Origin: Octopus sinensis
Taxonomy: Eukaryota
Direction: 5' to 3'
Assembly: GCF_006345805.1 (NCBI RefSeq)
Contig: NC_042999.1
Location: 64,046,001 to 64,110,000 of the forward strand
DNA: 64,000 bases
Below are positions 49,826 through 62,907 of the stretch, piece after piece. The position numbers and the translations under genes were made by a program. Below the pieces are notes generated by a model. That model was given only the letters and a program-made list of their open reading frames with translations. It ran no database searches and was not told where the DNA came from. Position 1 is the stretch's first letter. Each line of letters begins with the position of its first letter.

Positions 49826-51666
49826 GACTTGAACCCCTTTGTTCTTGGGGCTGAATGGGGCTAACCAACTACTTTAACGACTACAACAACAACAGGTATA
49901 TATTTTATACACCCCAGAGAAATGAAAGTGATTTACATTCAAAACAATAAACTATACAGTATAATATTGTTTTTATTTTACCAGAATTATTGTTGGCTCA
50001 AATCAGAGTTATCTCCCTTCGTTGCTGTTTTCTGGTCCTAACACGCCAAACGGGAGTTTCAGTTTACTGTTCATGTAGATAATTTCAATCGATGGTTTTC
50101 AATTCACAGTATTACATATGTGAGAAGGCCACATTGCGCGCCCTCTAGATACTTGAAGTACTTTAGTTCAGTGTTCCAAAGTCAGTGGTACAAGCAGTGT
50201 CCTTCGTGTAGGGAAACAATAATGCGCCCCCCCCCCAGATTTGGTCATAAATAAATAAACCCTGTCGCGGTCGATTTTGACTTTCATCCCCCCGGTGTCG
50301 ATAAAATTATCGTTAGCCAATATGAGGAATTAATGTAATTGATTTACGTACGCCCAACAAATCAAATATGTGGTCGGTTTCCACTTGGGCAAACCATTTA
50401 ATTTTACTATTAACGATACAACAGTAAGGTGACGAGCCAGCAGAATTGTTAGAGCACTGGAAAGATACATTTATTCAAGCTGTTGATGTTCTGTGTTCAA
50501 ATGTCGCCGAGATGAACTTTGCTCTTCATTCTTTCGGGGTCGATAAAACTAAGTAGTTGTTAAATACTGGAGTTGATGTAATCAACTATCCACTTTTCCT
50601 CGCCAAATTGCTGGTCTTACGTCAAAATTCGAAACAACGATTCTACAAAGAAATATCAGAATGTGTAGAGCTGCAGTCAAAATGTCAAGTAGTATTTAGT
50701 AACAGCTCTTTACGTTTGGAGTTCAAATCTCATCAAAGTGTTAAAATATGGCGGATAACGAAATTTATTTTAAAGTTCAATGTTTTTTTTTCTTTCTTTA
50801 TCCCGTTAAGTGTTTAAGTCAATCAAAATGGGCGACACAGAGTAAACATTTTTAAAGTATTGGAAAGCAAGAAATGAGTTTTTGTGCAGCCAATGCCATA
50901 TGGTTGAGAAGATTGATTCACAGCCATGTTTCGATCTCACGGGGCAAGCTACTTACCACACAACCACTCCTGTGCCTATAGCCACTCCTGTGCCTATAGC
51001 CACTCCTGTTTGTGTGTCTGTGTTTGCCCCCCCCCACGCCATCGCTTGACAACCGATGTTGGAGTTTACAAACTCGTAACTTAGCGGTTCGGCAAAATAA
51101 GTACTAGAATAAGTGCTAGGCTTACAAAGAATAAGTTCTCAGCTCGCTTTGTTCGACTAAAGGCGATGCTTCAGCATGGCCGCAGTCAAATGGCTGAACC
51201 AAATAAAAGAATATGTGTGTGTCGGGGGGGGGGCTGTGTGTATGGAGAACGAGAGGGTGGGTGAGAAGTGTAACCTTTCCGTGGTAAATCTCAAGGCCCA
51301 GTTTGTTTTTGGAATTACTAGACCATAACAATGATTTTTATTTATTTATTTTGCTCTTTCTTTTTTCCTACGTCAAGATCAGTGGAAATTAGCAGAGAGT
51401 GAGAGAGAGAGAGAGAGTGGGGAGGAGGGAGAGAGAATGAATAAAAGGAGAGAGGGTGGGGGTGGGAGGAAGAGAGAGATATGAAAAACGAGGAAGTTAA
51501 GTGGTAGAGAGGTGTCGGAGGAAGAGTGCTTAGTAGAGAGAGGGAATATCGAAGTGACATCGTTTTGTCCATCAATAGCGTGTATTTTTAGTATCAAAAA
51601 CACACCTCCATCGATACACGCACCAGTATACGCAATCACACATATATAGTTGATGTGTATATATAT

Positions 51667-51700
<34 letters not shown>

Positions 51701-51905
51701 GATATATTATATATATATATTATTATATATAAAAGCAGGTGTGTGTGAGTGAATATATGCATATATGTGAATGTGCTTTCGTGTATAAAGCAATACAAAA
51801 CACAAATATCGCGTTTTATAATTTCATATTAAATAGTTCGTTGTAAGATCGTTTCAAATCCTGGTCGTCAACACAATAGGGGTCGAAATGACCGTAGTAC
51901 GAACT

Positions 51906-51952
<47 letters not shown>

Positions 51953-52201
51953 TATATAATCAAAATAAGCAACAAGTATATCCGAGGTAGGGTGGTACAA
52001 TTGTTCATGCTACTTCATTTTATTAAACACTGTAAGTATTACATCAGTTTTAAAATGTCGAGCAATCTTCAGCCATTTATAGAAATTTTCCAATCAAACG
52101 GACAATCCACATTCTTATCGCTATTTCGTTGAATCTCTCTCTCTCTCTATATATATATATATTATATATGATATATATATCAGATATATATATATATATA
52201 T

Positions 52202-52236
<35 letters not shown>

Positions 52237-52562
52237 CAGATATATATATATATATCAGACAGTTAGGTGATACAAAAAAAGAGACAAGACATCCAGATAG
52301 ACGATACAAAGAAAACAAGGACGGGTCATTCGGAGTTTTCTTTCCTCAGTCGAGTTCCAGATTATCTTTGCAATTTCGGCTGAGGAAGAAGGCGACAATT
52401 ATGAAAAGGATAGACCCAAGGACTTGACTGGTACTTTATTTTATCGACCCATGAGAGAAGGGAAACAAAGTTGACATGGGCAGGGTGTGAACGCAGAATG
52501 TAAAAAAGAGTGGTTTTCGACGCTATAACGAATCTGACAGCTCATTGAGCACCACCAGCTCA

Positions 52563-52748
52563 AATAATTTTTCCTCTGTCTTCCCTTCTTGGGATCTTTC
52601 CTTCTCCTTGTTTCCGACGAAGAGCTCCGCTCGAAACGTTAAACCCTCCTTCCCTTCTTTCCTGAGCGTCAATAATACTTTAATTGTTCCACGTCCTGCG
52701 TTGCTGTGTTTTTTCTCTTTTTTTTTCTCTGTTTTCTTGTTTGGATTA

Positions 52749-52753
<5 letters not shown>
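52563..52753 (+). mobile_element. Penelope-like terminal fragment with hammerhead-like motif, ending at (TA)n
   Basis: CCGACGA-A-GAGC-TCC-GCTC-GAAACGTTA at 52614-52641. Downstream CCTGAGCGTCAATAATAC is related to the 5419 family. Confidence 0.55.
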
Positions 52754-52793
<40 letters not shown>

Positions 52794-53427
52794 GTGTGTG
52801 TGTGTATGTGTGTGTGTGTGTCTTACTCATATTTACGCACGCACACACACAATATTTACATACCACAGACACACACACAATATATATATATATATATAAT
52901 ATATATATATATATATGCGTACTCATATCCATAGACACAGAACCACACACGTTTATATCAACTCACACACGCATAATATACGTGTGTGTCTATATCTCTC
53001 TCTATATACATCACTGTGCGTGCGTACGTGTGTATAAAAAGGGTCACCTCCCGTCATGCACTATGCATTCATCAAGAGCCTCAACACTCTAGCCCCTCCC
53101 AACGCTCTGTTTGCCTTTGTCGTAACATCTTACTTATCAACACGACTTGTTCCCACGTTATTCCGGTCGCCATGCTAGCCGCAGTCGTGGTGACAGCAGT
53201 GCTCGGGAAGTACCATCAATTTTTATTTTGTTTGTTTTTGTTTTTTTCCTCTTCTCAGACTTTACTTCTCTACACATCTTTCTATCTCCGTTCTCTCTTT
53301 ATCCTAGTTCTATTTTTACTTCTATTCTGAACACATGCACTTGTTTTCCTGCGTGATGCCCACACAAATATTTACGTATATTTTGATGTGGAGACAGACA
53401 GACAGACAGACACACAGACATATATAT

Positions 53428-53662
53428 ATATATATGCTCTTTTACTTGTTTCAGTCATTTGACTGTGGCCATGCTGGAGCACCGCCTTTAGTCGAGCACA
53501 TCGACCCCAGGACTTATTTTTTGTAAGCCTAGTACTTATTCTATCGGTCTATTTTGTCGAACCGCTAAGTTACGGGGACGTAAACACACCAGCATCGGTT
53601 GTCAAGCGATGTTGGGGGGACAAACACAGACACACAAACATACACATACATACATACATACA

Positions 53663-53693
<31 letters not shown>

Positions 53694-53855
53694 GCAACGG
53701 GCTTCTTTCAGTTTGCGTCTACCAAATCCACTCACAAGGCTTTGGTTGGCCCGAGGCTATAGTAGAAAACACTTGCCCAAGGTACCACGCAGTGGGTTTG
53801 AACCCGGAACCATGTAGTTCGTAAGCAAGCTACTTACCACACAGCCACTCCTACG
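53428..53855 (-). mobile_element. SINE family A, full length
   Basis: All blocks present, with an internal (TACA)n. Confidence 0.92.
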
Positions 53856-53880
53856 CCTATATATATTAAAATTATAAGGC

Positions 53881-53965
53881 TATCTAAGAGATACCACCAT
53901 GCTTGAAATATCAGTCAAAATCAGGTTTTGACTGCTATTTCAAGCATGGTGGTATTTCTTAGATA
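53881..53965. repeat. Hairpin: 40-bp arms, 5-nt loop
   Basis: 53881-53920 vs 53926-53965 inverted, 2 mismatches. Confidence 0.9.
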
Positions 53966-54614
53966 CCCGTATTTATAATCTTTTAATAATTATTATAACC
54001 TATAACGGTTTTATCTTCCTACGCTGCCACTAGATTTGATCGCTATTTAAAACAATGAAATTATGCTATGAAATTTATGGATGCTGCCCTCCCTCCAGAC
54101 CCAGCAAAAGCAGGAAAAGGAACACCAGAAGGGGCTACTGGTCTTAGAGACTCAGCAAAAACAAAAAACAAAAACGCAAAAAGGACAGTGTAATTTGAAC
54201 GAGATTTGGCTACTGTTTCTCGCGAAAAAGCATTTGCAAAAAAACCATTCGTTTTAAAAATACTTAATACTTGGGAGAACAAAAATCACACGAAGAAAGA
54301 AAAAAAAATACAAACTCAAGATTTTGATGATGGTTGTTGAATCAAAAAGTACCAGGCAGCAGTGGAGGGTACTGAAAGCCACCTTGTTTGTTGTAGGGAA
54401 TATTTTGGGTGTCAGTTAAAATTTGTGTTGTTCAACTATATTTTGAAATAATAACGCCAAAAAAGCAACAGTAACAAAAAATAATTCAACCATTTGAATA
54501 CCCCCACCATCATTACAAGAACAGCACAAAGCATAATTCTTAATTGTAACCACACAATTACTGCGATAATAAACAATGCTAGCTGCAGCACGGCGTTGGT
54601 AATAATAACGATGA

Positions 54615-55355
54615 TAATAATTTCTAATTTTGACACAAGGGCCAGCAATTTCGGGGTATGGGGTGAGTCGATTATGTCGACCCCAGTGGTCAACGGGTAC
54701 TAATTTTATCGACTCCGAAAGGATGAAAGCGAAAGTCAACTACGTCGAAATTTGAAGGTAGTGTGTAGCTAGGATGGAATAAGCCGGGCACATGCCCTGG
54801 CCGTCACTTTGAGGGGGAGGGCGCAATTTTGGTCAAGATCATTTTCTTATTAAGCCACATTTTAGTTAGAGGGTGGGGTGCGCAATTTTGATGCTTGTTC
54901 TGGGCGCCATTTACCCTATCTACACTTCTTAGCACAGGGCCTGAAATTTCGGGGCAGTTACATAGACCGCAGTGTGTCGCCGGTACTCAATTTATCGAGC
55001 CTGGCCGATTACATAGACCCCAGTGTTTTACTGATACTTAATTTATCGACCCCGAAAGGATGAAAGGCAAAGTCGACCTCGGAGGAATTCGAACTCAGAA
55101 CTTTGCAACTGGCGAAATACCACGAAGCATTTTACCCAGCTTGCTAATCATTCTGTCAGCTCGCCGCTTTAATAATACTAATGATAGTTTCAAATTTTAC
55201 CACAAGGCCTGAAATTTTGGGGGAGGGAATGTGTCAATTACATCGACCCCAGTATTCAACTGGTACTTAATTTATCGACCCCGAAAGGATGAAAGGCAAA
55301 ATCGATCTCGGAGGAATTCATCCAGCTCGCTATCAATTCTGCCACCTCGCTGCCT
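54615..55355 (-). mobile_element. Cluster of three SINE B2 copies (plus a degenerate MITE-like segment near 54760-54927)
   Basis: Three B blocks in the same orientation with AAT-type tails. Confidence 0.8.
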
Positions 55356-55836
55356 TTATAATAATAATAATTCTAATTCTGCAGCCGACAAACTGGTACG
55401 AGCAGTGTCTTGACAAAGTGAAAATGGCATTTTATACTCTAAGAACGCCGAAAAATTAAGTCGTACAACCTTGGCTAAACGCAAACTGACATCTTTTAAT
55501 CTTAAAGACTAACGCGAATCCATTTGCCTGTAATTTTACTTCAGTTGCTTTCATTAAAACGAAGTTTCCATACTCTTCTCTAAACTTTACTGAGTCACCA
55601 CTTAAATTGTATTCCTGTAGCTCCACTAACGACCGTCAGATGGTTTATATCTATATATTATTTATTTTACATAGAGCTTGCGCTGTAGGACGTTCCTTTC
55701 CTTGGCTGACGATTGGAGATTATTATAATTTCGTCATCAGAGCACCCGCTGGTCATGATAAGCGACGTTGATGTTAGGGCGGAATATCCGAGTTATTTTA
55801 TCTCAGACGGTAGCATACTTTTCTTCATCATATTAA

Positions 55837-56516
55837 TGCGGCCACGGATCTTTTCGCTTTGACCGGCAGATTTTTAAAATAATTTCCATGTAACTAAAAA
55901 ATTTTAAACTTCGTATACGGGTAGAATGTGTTTATAAAACACATTTTTTTCTCTTGGCTTTCTCGAGAAAATTCTGTAGTTTGTAAGATATTTGTAAGAT
56001 ATTTTCTTCAATTTCGGCAATTTCAACCAATCAATGACCTCTATCGAGGTGAAAACGATTTCTGCCATAGAGAGTAAACAACATTTTCTGGCGGTGTCAT
56101 ATGAAAATGTCACCCATAATTATGACCCTAGTATCGATCTATTGCATTTCAATCTGTTTTAGAGTTAGGGTTAGTTAGGATTAGGGGTGGGGGGAAGGGT
56201 ATCTTTTTTTTCTTCAGAAATGTAAATAAACCCAATCTGTTTTTTAAACGAGGGACATTTTCATATGACACCGCCAGAAAATGTTTACGTCAGAGAATGT
56301 TTTCACCTCAATAGACGTCATTGATTGGTTGAAATTGCAGAAATTGAAAAAAAAAACAACAAATATCTTACAAACTACAGAATTTTCTCAAGAAAGCCAA
56401 GAGAAAAAGATGTTTTGTAAACACATTTTACCAGTATGCGAAGTTTAAAAGTATTTAGTTACATGGAAATTATTTTTAAAATCTGCCGGTCAAAGCGAAA
56501 AGATCCGCGGCCACCA
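55837..56516. mobile_element. Foldback DNA element with ~275-bp TIRs, TTAA flanks and a TTAGGG-like core
   Basis: 55837-56111 vs 56254-56516 inverted (diverged). TTAA at 55833-55836 and 56517-56520. Confidence 0.85.
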
Positions 56517-57529
56517 TTAAAAATCCCCCAAGGGACATCTGTCGTCACTCCTAACCGTGCAATAAGTATTTTATTTTACTACTCGCCAAGGACTGTTTTA
56601 TGCACTATACTAAACCTTGGCCCCTCTCTCTCTCAGATACTTCCACCTATCCATAAATCATTTTTTGTTGCCATCAGCACGTCGCGAATCATTGCTCTAC
56701 TGTCATTTGATAATCCAATATCAGACAGGTAGGACATTTTTAGCTCTAACTACAACTACATGTATATTTTATTGGAGTAACAGGATACGTGTCAACCAGC
56801 TTGGAGTAAAATATGGTTGAACTTTGGTTCTTGGATAGACAATGCATCTCTGTCAGTCAAGATTATTATATAATCACAATCATGTTACAAATGATCCCGA
56901 TATCTGGGACATAAAAATTTGTTAAACCTTCTTAAGAATTAAAGGATGACGAACAAAACTAAATGCTTTCCTTTTCAACCTTGTTACCGAACAGGTGATT
57001 AGTCAAAATATAAAAAGAGTAAAAGATGATATCTAACCAGTGACATACACATACAATGTATGTATGTAAAACGGAACATTCACTGTACTATTTTACGAAA
57101 TAAGGCCAACGCAGACCAACACTAATTTCTTTCGAGTTTTATCATACGCGAGCGCGCGTATGTGGGTAGGTAGATATTATCGAAAATTCTCGTACAAAGT
57201 CAAAAGTAAAAGAAGAGCGCTCTATACATTCAATGGAGTTGAATGTGTGTGTGTGTATATATATATAATAAAACTTTCAGAATCAAGCTATTTAAATAGG
57301 AAAGGTACCAAAGTGGAGTCCGTGATAGCGCACTGCTGTACTAACTATGTGTACTGACACATACGTACGGATTTGTTACAAGTACTGATAGAATACACAA
57401 CGTGTACACAAAAGTCAGACCGGAGTATACTCACGGGACCTATTCCACAATCGACTTCTACTCGTCAATAAAGAACACGTCTGAAACAGGCGTAGTAAAC
57501 TTCAGCCCATCAATGTTATTGATTAAATA

Positions 57530-57591
<62 letters not shown>

Positions 57592-57625
57592 GAATTTTTC
57601 CCTGTAAGTTTGGAGCTATACTCCC

Positions 57626-57712
<87 letters not shown>

Positions 57713-59289
57713 GGTGGGTGGGTAGAGAGAGAGAGAGAGAGAGGGTAGGTGGGTGGAAAGATAGTAAAGACATGCATGCTATTGTGGTGGGTGCTTTTAG
57801 TATTCATTTTCATTACTTCCGATTTCATGTATACGTAGACTCAAAGTTAGTAAACGTAGCTTAGGAATCAGTTAATCCTATCGTGTAATGAATAATATTC
57901 TCAAAACGTTTGCCATGGTTACAGAACTGGTTAAAAAAAATGAAAAATAAAAAAGAAACCGGTTATCTTATTCCGATTACTGCTCCAGTTTCCTCTAAAC
58001 TGTTTAGACGAGACTGGAACAGTAATCAAGCAGAGAAATTAAATTAATCCGGTAAATAACACGTTGATTAACAAGATTAAATTATTCCAGACAAAAAAAA
58101 AAAAAAACCCTAAGAGCAGCTAACGTAGATCGTAAAAATATCGAAAGAAATTTCAGTGGACTTCTGAGTCAAATTTCTGTACCATTTCTAAGGAAGATCC
58201 AACGACAGCTACAGAAACGGAATGAAACCCTACCGAAATGTAAAATATTACAGATATCACAGTTCTATATTTAAGAATATATCGGCACGAACTTTCCAGA
58301 CAACTCAATACAAGCACATACATGCTTCCATGCACACTGATATACACACATACATATAAACAAATACACACATACACTAATATTTGAAATATGGATGGTG
58401 GATGTCGGTCATAAACTTAGGATAGTAAGTTGGAGCTGTGCAAAGTAAAACAACACCAGTTAATCACACATACACACACACACACACACACACGCACACA
58501 CACACACACACGCACGCGCGCATACGCACCACATACACGCATCTGTGTATTGGGGCGTTTGTGCGTATATGGCCTAAATGTTTCGTTTATTTTGACTCCT
58601 TTGAAGTTTGTACTTCGCATCAAATATATAAGCCCCTTCACCCTACCGCATTCACTGTTCTTCCATAAACCCACTCTCCTTTATTGTTCTCCATCATACA
58701 CCTATCTCTGTACTACCTTCACCCCTACAGTTCCATCCAACTTCGCCATTCAACTATGGCCGTATCCTCCTCCGTTAGTACCAACTGACTTCTGTTGATT
58801 GTTGATGTGTCATTGACATGGTTCCAAACTATAGAATCCATACAAAATTAAGAGGTATGACCACTAAAATGGACAACTAATATGCTAAGCATAGACGTCA
58901 AATCGCCATTACCACGAAGAATGTGTTCTCAAGAAAAATCTCAGCAAAACACCAAGACGGGGTCGACGTAATCGAATTACTTCTCCCCCGAAATTGCTGG
59001 CGTTGTGCCAAAATTGGAAGCCATACTATAGAATCCGTAACTCCTAGTTCATCCTTATTCTTTTTCCTGTCATCTAACACTTTACATACGTGCGTACATA
59101 CATGTCTATGTTTGTGTGTGCGTGTGTTTATTCGGAGTTGTCCGACTTTTGACGAGTGAAGTGTCTTGATCTGAGATTATGTGACGAAACTGGAGCAGTT
59201 ACATCGGGGATGCGTTCTTAGTCATCTAAGAATACAAGAACTTGTATTCGGTGTTCAGTTCACGTAATATAGAAAAAGTAGACGTAGTC

Positions 59290-59606
59290 GTTCAGTAACA
59301 AGTTTGCTTCCCAACCACATGGTGCCTGGTTCAATCCCACTGTTTGGCATGACACCTTGGGCAAGTGTCTTCTATTATTGCTCCGAGTCGACCAGACTTG
59401 TGGATTTGGTAGACAGAAACTGAAAGAAGCCCATTGTGTGTGTGTGTGTGTTGTCTCCCACCATCGTTTGACAACCGGTGTTTGTTCGGCGAAAGAGACC
59501 GATAGAATAAGTTTCAGACTTAAAAAAAAGTACTAGAGTCAATTTATTGGACTAAACCCTTGAAGGCGATGCCAAAGTTCAATGACTGAAAAAAGGGTAA
59601 AAGTTT

Positions 59607-59650
<44 letters not shown>

Positions 59651-59820
59651 GTTTATTTGTTTCAGTCGTTTGACTGCGACCATGCTGGAGCGCCGCCTTT
59701 TAGTCGAGGAAATCGACCCAGGACTTATTCTATGGGTCTCTTTTGCCGAACCGCTAAGTTACGGGGGCGTAACCACACCAGCGGTTGTTAAGCGATGGTG
59801 GGGATACAAATATACACAAA
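59290..59820. mobile_element. Diverged SINE A (+, 59290-59610) tail-to-tail with a SINE A 3' half (-, 59650-59820)
   Basis: Family blocks in opposite orientation around a TA tract. Confidence 0.75.
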
Positions 59821-59831
59821 GATACACACAC

Positions 59832-59887
<56 letters not shown>

Positions 59888-59940
59888 ATATATATATAAT
59901 GATAAATCTCAGAGCGAGTTATAAACAGTAGCGGTAACAC

Positions 59941-60528
59941 ATCGTGATGCATATATGCCATTTGAATATGGCTAACCCATAAGGGTGGATGCTACTGTAG
60001 TTTGTAGCCCCAGGAAGATATCTCCTCCAGCTGGCTATAGACACACTATCTGTGTCCTGTCAGTATTTGTGAAGGGGAGTCATCCTCCCCGTCTTCAACA
60101 CATGCTACACACGTACCCGAGTTTAAAGGTGTTTACCTTTCATCAGCGTGTGACAATCATGGTTGTCGATGAGAAGTCAGATCCCTTCACAAATACATAT
60201 ACTTTTTCCTGAGATTTATCATTGTTTGATTTCACTTTTTCAATATCAGTGTCAAATCGACACTGGAAAAAGTATATGTATTTGTGAAGGGATCTGACTT
60301 CTCATCGACAACCATGATTGTCACACGCTGATGAAAGGTAAACACCTTGAACTCGGGTGCGTGTGTATCATGTGTTGAAGACGGGGAGGATGACTCCCCT
60401 TCACAAATACTGACAGGACACAGATAGTGTGTCTATAGCCAGCTGGAGGAGATATCTTCCTGGGGCTACAAACTACAGTAGCATCCACCCTTATGGGTTA
60501 GCCATATTCAAATGGCATATATGCATCA

Positions 60529-60532
<4 letters not shown>
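59941..60532. mobile_element. 592-bp near-perfect palindromic foldback element
   Basis: Arms 59941-60209 and 60265-60532 differ at about 4 positions. 55-bp spacer. Right end abuts (AT)n. Confidence 0.93.
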
Positions 60533-60582
<50 letters not shown>

Positions 60583-60593
60583 TATACACATGT

Positions 60594-60657
<64 letters not shown>

Positions 60658-62214
60658 GTATACATATAGACCTATATAAATGTGTACAGTTATGTACATA
60701 TGGCTCAGTGGTTAGAGCTTCGGGCTTACAATCATGTAGTGAGTTCAATTCCTGGATCAAGTTGTGTGTTGTATTCTTGAGCAAGACACTATATCTCACG
60801 TTGCTCCAGTTAACTCAGCTGTAGAAATGAGTTAGTTGTGCCAAGTTGTATCGGCCTTTGCCTTTCCTTTGGATAACATTGGTGGCGTGGAGAGCGGGAT
60901 ACAGATATGCATGGCCGACTACTGGTCTTCCACAGGCAACGTTGCTCAGACTTAGGCACTTGTGTTGAGTTCAAATTCTGCCGATGTCAACTTTGTCTTT
61001 CATCCTTCCGGAGTCGATAAAGTACCAATCTAGTGCGTCGTCAGCCCGTATACGTTCTAGGTTCAAATTCCATCACGGCCTATATAGTTAGCAGATATAA
61101 TCCGGCGCCTGGTTTAACACCCTCACCCGGTCCTGCTGAAGGGGATGTAGCGACATTCGAGTTAGGCCTTCGGTTTGAGGATTCTTTTCTGCTTCTCTTT
61201 CCCTCCCCTCACCACGTCTCTCTTTTCCATCAGTACAGAGACCCTGAAAAGTGTCGTAGATAGTTCCCTTACCTTCTGACTAGGCTCTCTTTCTCTCTTC
61301 ACACTCACACACACACACGTCAGGCATTCAACTGAAATAACTTTAAGTAGATTTTGAATGCCTCATTTCCACGCCCCCTGGTCTGGTACATGATAAATGA
61401 CGTAATTAAGTCCGATATTTGGTGTGTTGTGAATGTAATGGGCGTGTTATCTAAATACTATCATTTGAAGTGAAGATAGGCGATAAACATGACTGTTGTT
61501 TGTTTATATTACTCAGAACTATTTGTGGTAGATCATAGTAAATAACCAAACAGAATATTACTAACAATAAAAACCAAATCTATCCTAAACTCATATTACC
61601 GTTTTGTATTAAAAAAAATATGACATAGCGATTGTTATTATAAGTTTCAACTTCTTGATGCGCAACTCCGATTATTGAAACAAACACGATGCGAAATCAG
61701 AGTTACGATTCGAGAATCTTTAGCTTATAACACACACACACAGTGTAAGGTTCCCGTTAATTCTGGAATACTTGCAGTTTCTTTGTGACCTAAAATACCA
61801 GATAAAGTTCCTTAATCGCATGAGGTATCAATTACTGTTGATTCTCCTCTGTGTTACTGTTGCCTCTCCCAGTACATCTATAGCACTGACTGGTCCTGAT
61901 GTTCATAGGTCAAATCGTAGACGTCACTCACCCTCATGTTTAACAAGTGTGTGTGTGTGTGTGTGGAAAATATTAATTAATGGTTGGAGGTGTTGTGGAG
62001 ACAAGAATATGGAACCAGGAGAAAGAATTCCAGTGCTAAGTCATCCGGCTATCTATGAAATTCTCCAGTAAAGAAAAGGCATAAAAGGTGCTTGGAATTG
62101 ACAGTAGAAACCATCTTAAAGCGAGAATAGGAAGAAACACGAATCGTATTGAAGCTCCATTGTGCTACTGTTGCATTTAAACCCATTAAAAAATACAACA
62201 TAGATATTCTTTTC

Positions 62215-62615
62215 TACTGTAGGCATAAGGCCCGCAATTTTTAGGGAGGGGGCCAATAGATTAAATCTACCCCAGCACGCAACTGGTACTTAATTTACCG
62301 ATCCCGAAAGCATGAAAGGCAAAGTCGACCTCGGTGGAATTTCAAATTGAGAACGTAATGACAGACGAAATACCGCAAAGCATTTCGCCCGGTGTGCTAA
62401 CATTTCTTATTTCTTTACTGCCCACAAGGGGCTAAGCATATAGGGGACAAACAAGGACAGAGAAACGGATTCAGTCGATTAGATCGACCCCAGTGCGTAA
62501 CTGGTACTTATTTAATCGACCCCAAAAGGATGAAAGGCAAAGTCGACCTCGGCGAAATTTGAACTCAGAACGTAGCGGCAGACGTGCTCACGTTTCTGCC
62601 AGCTCGCCGCCTTAA
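62215..62615 (-). mobile_element. Tandem/nested SINE B copies (B2 then B1)
   Basis: Two B blocks. The junction CTAACATTTCTTATTTCTTT joins a B1 tail to an internal head position. Confidence 0.85.
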
Positions 62616-62907
62616 GACAACATAGATATTGACGTACTGAATAAGGACAGTTTGGTATGTCGAGCATGATGTATGTAAAGAGATGTATAAAGCTTGCTAC
62701 TTTATTGTAGTAATGTTGAAAGCGTCAAAGATATGAAACAGGATATCCGTGAACCAGTATTGATAGTGCATTGGTGAGTGAATGTTTGCCTATAAAAATA
62801 ATAGAGATTAATCGAGACATGGTCAAGGATGTTCATGCGTGTGCGCGCATGTATGGCATTAGAACCGGCGTCCTATGCGCGTTAGTAGTTGTATCAGGCA
62901 GTTTTTG

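Noticed and set aside
49446-49832. 128-aa plus-strand ORF
   Set aside because: It is the antisense frame of the CR1/L2 fragment.
54080-54205. 41-aa ORF MKFMDAALPPDPAKAGKGTPEG...
   Set aside because: No flanking splice sites and no recognisable similarity.
56637-56734. Candidate second exon ending at CAG|GTAGGA
   Set aside because: The phase-1 frame from the first acceptor hits a stop, and the alternative 51-nt exon gives no recognisable peptide. It needs RNA-seq.
61772-62071. ORF with signal-like MRYQLLLILLCVTVASP
   Set aside because: It runs through a (GT)n tract and has no convincing donor or promoter context.
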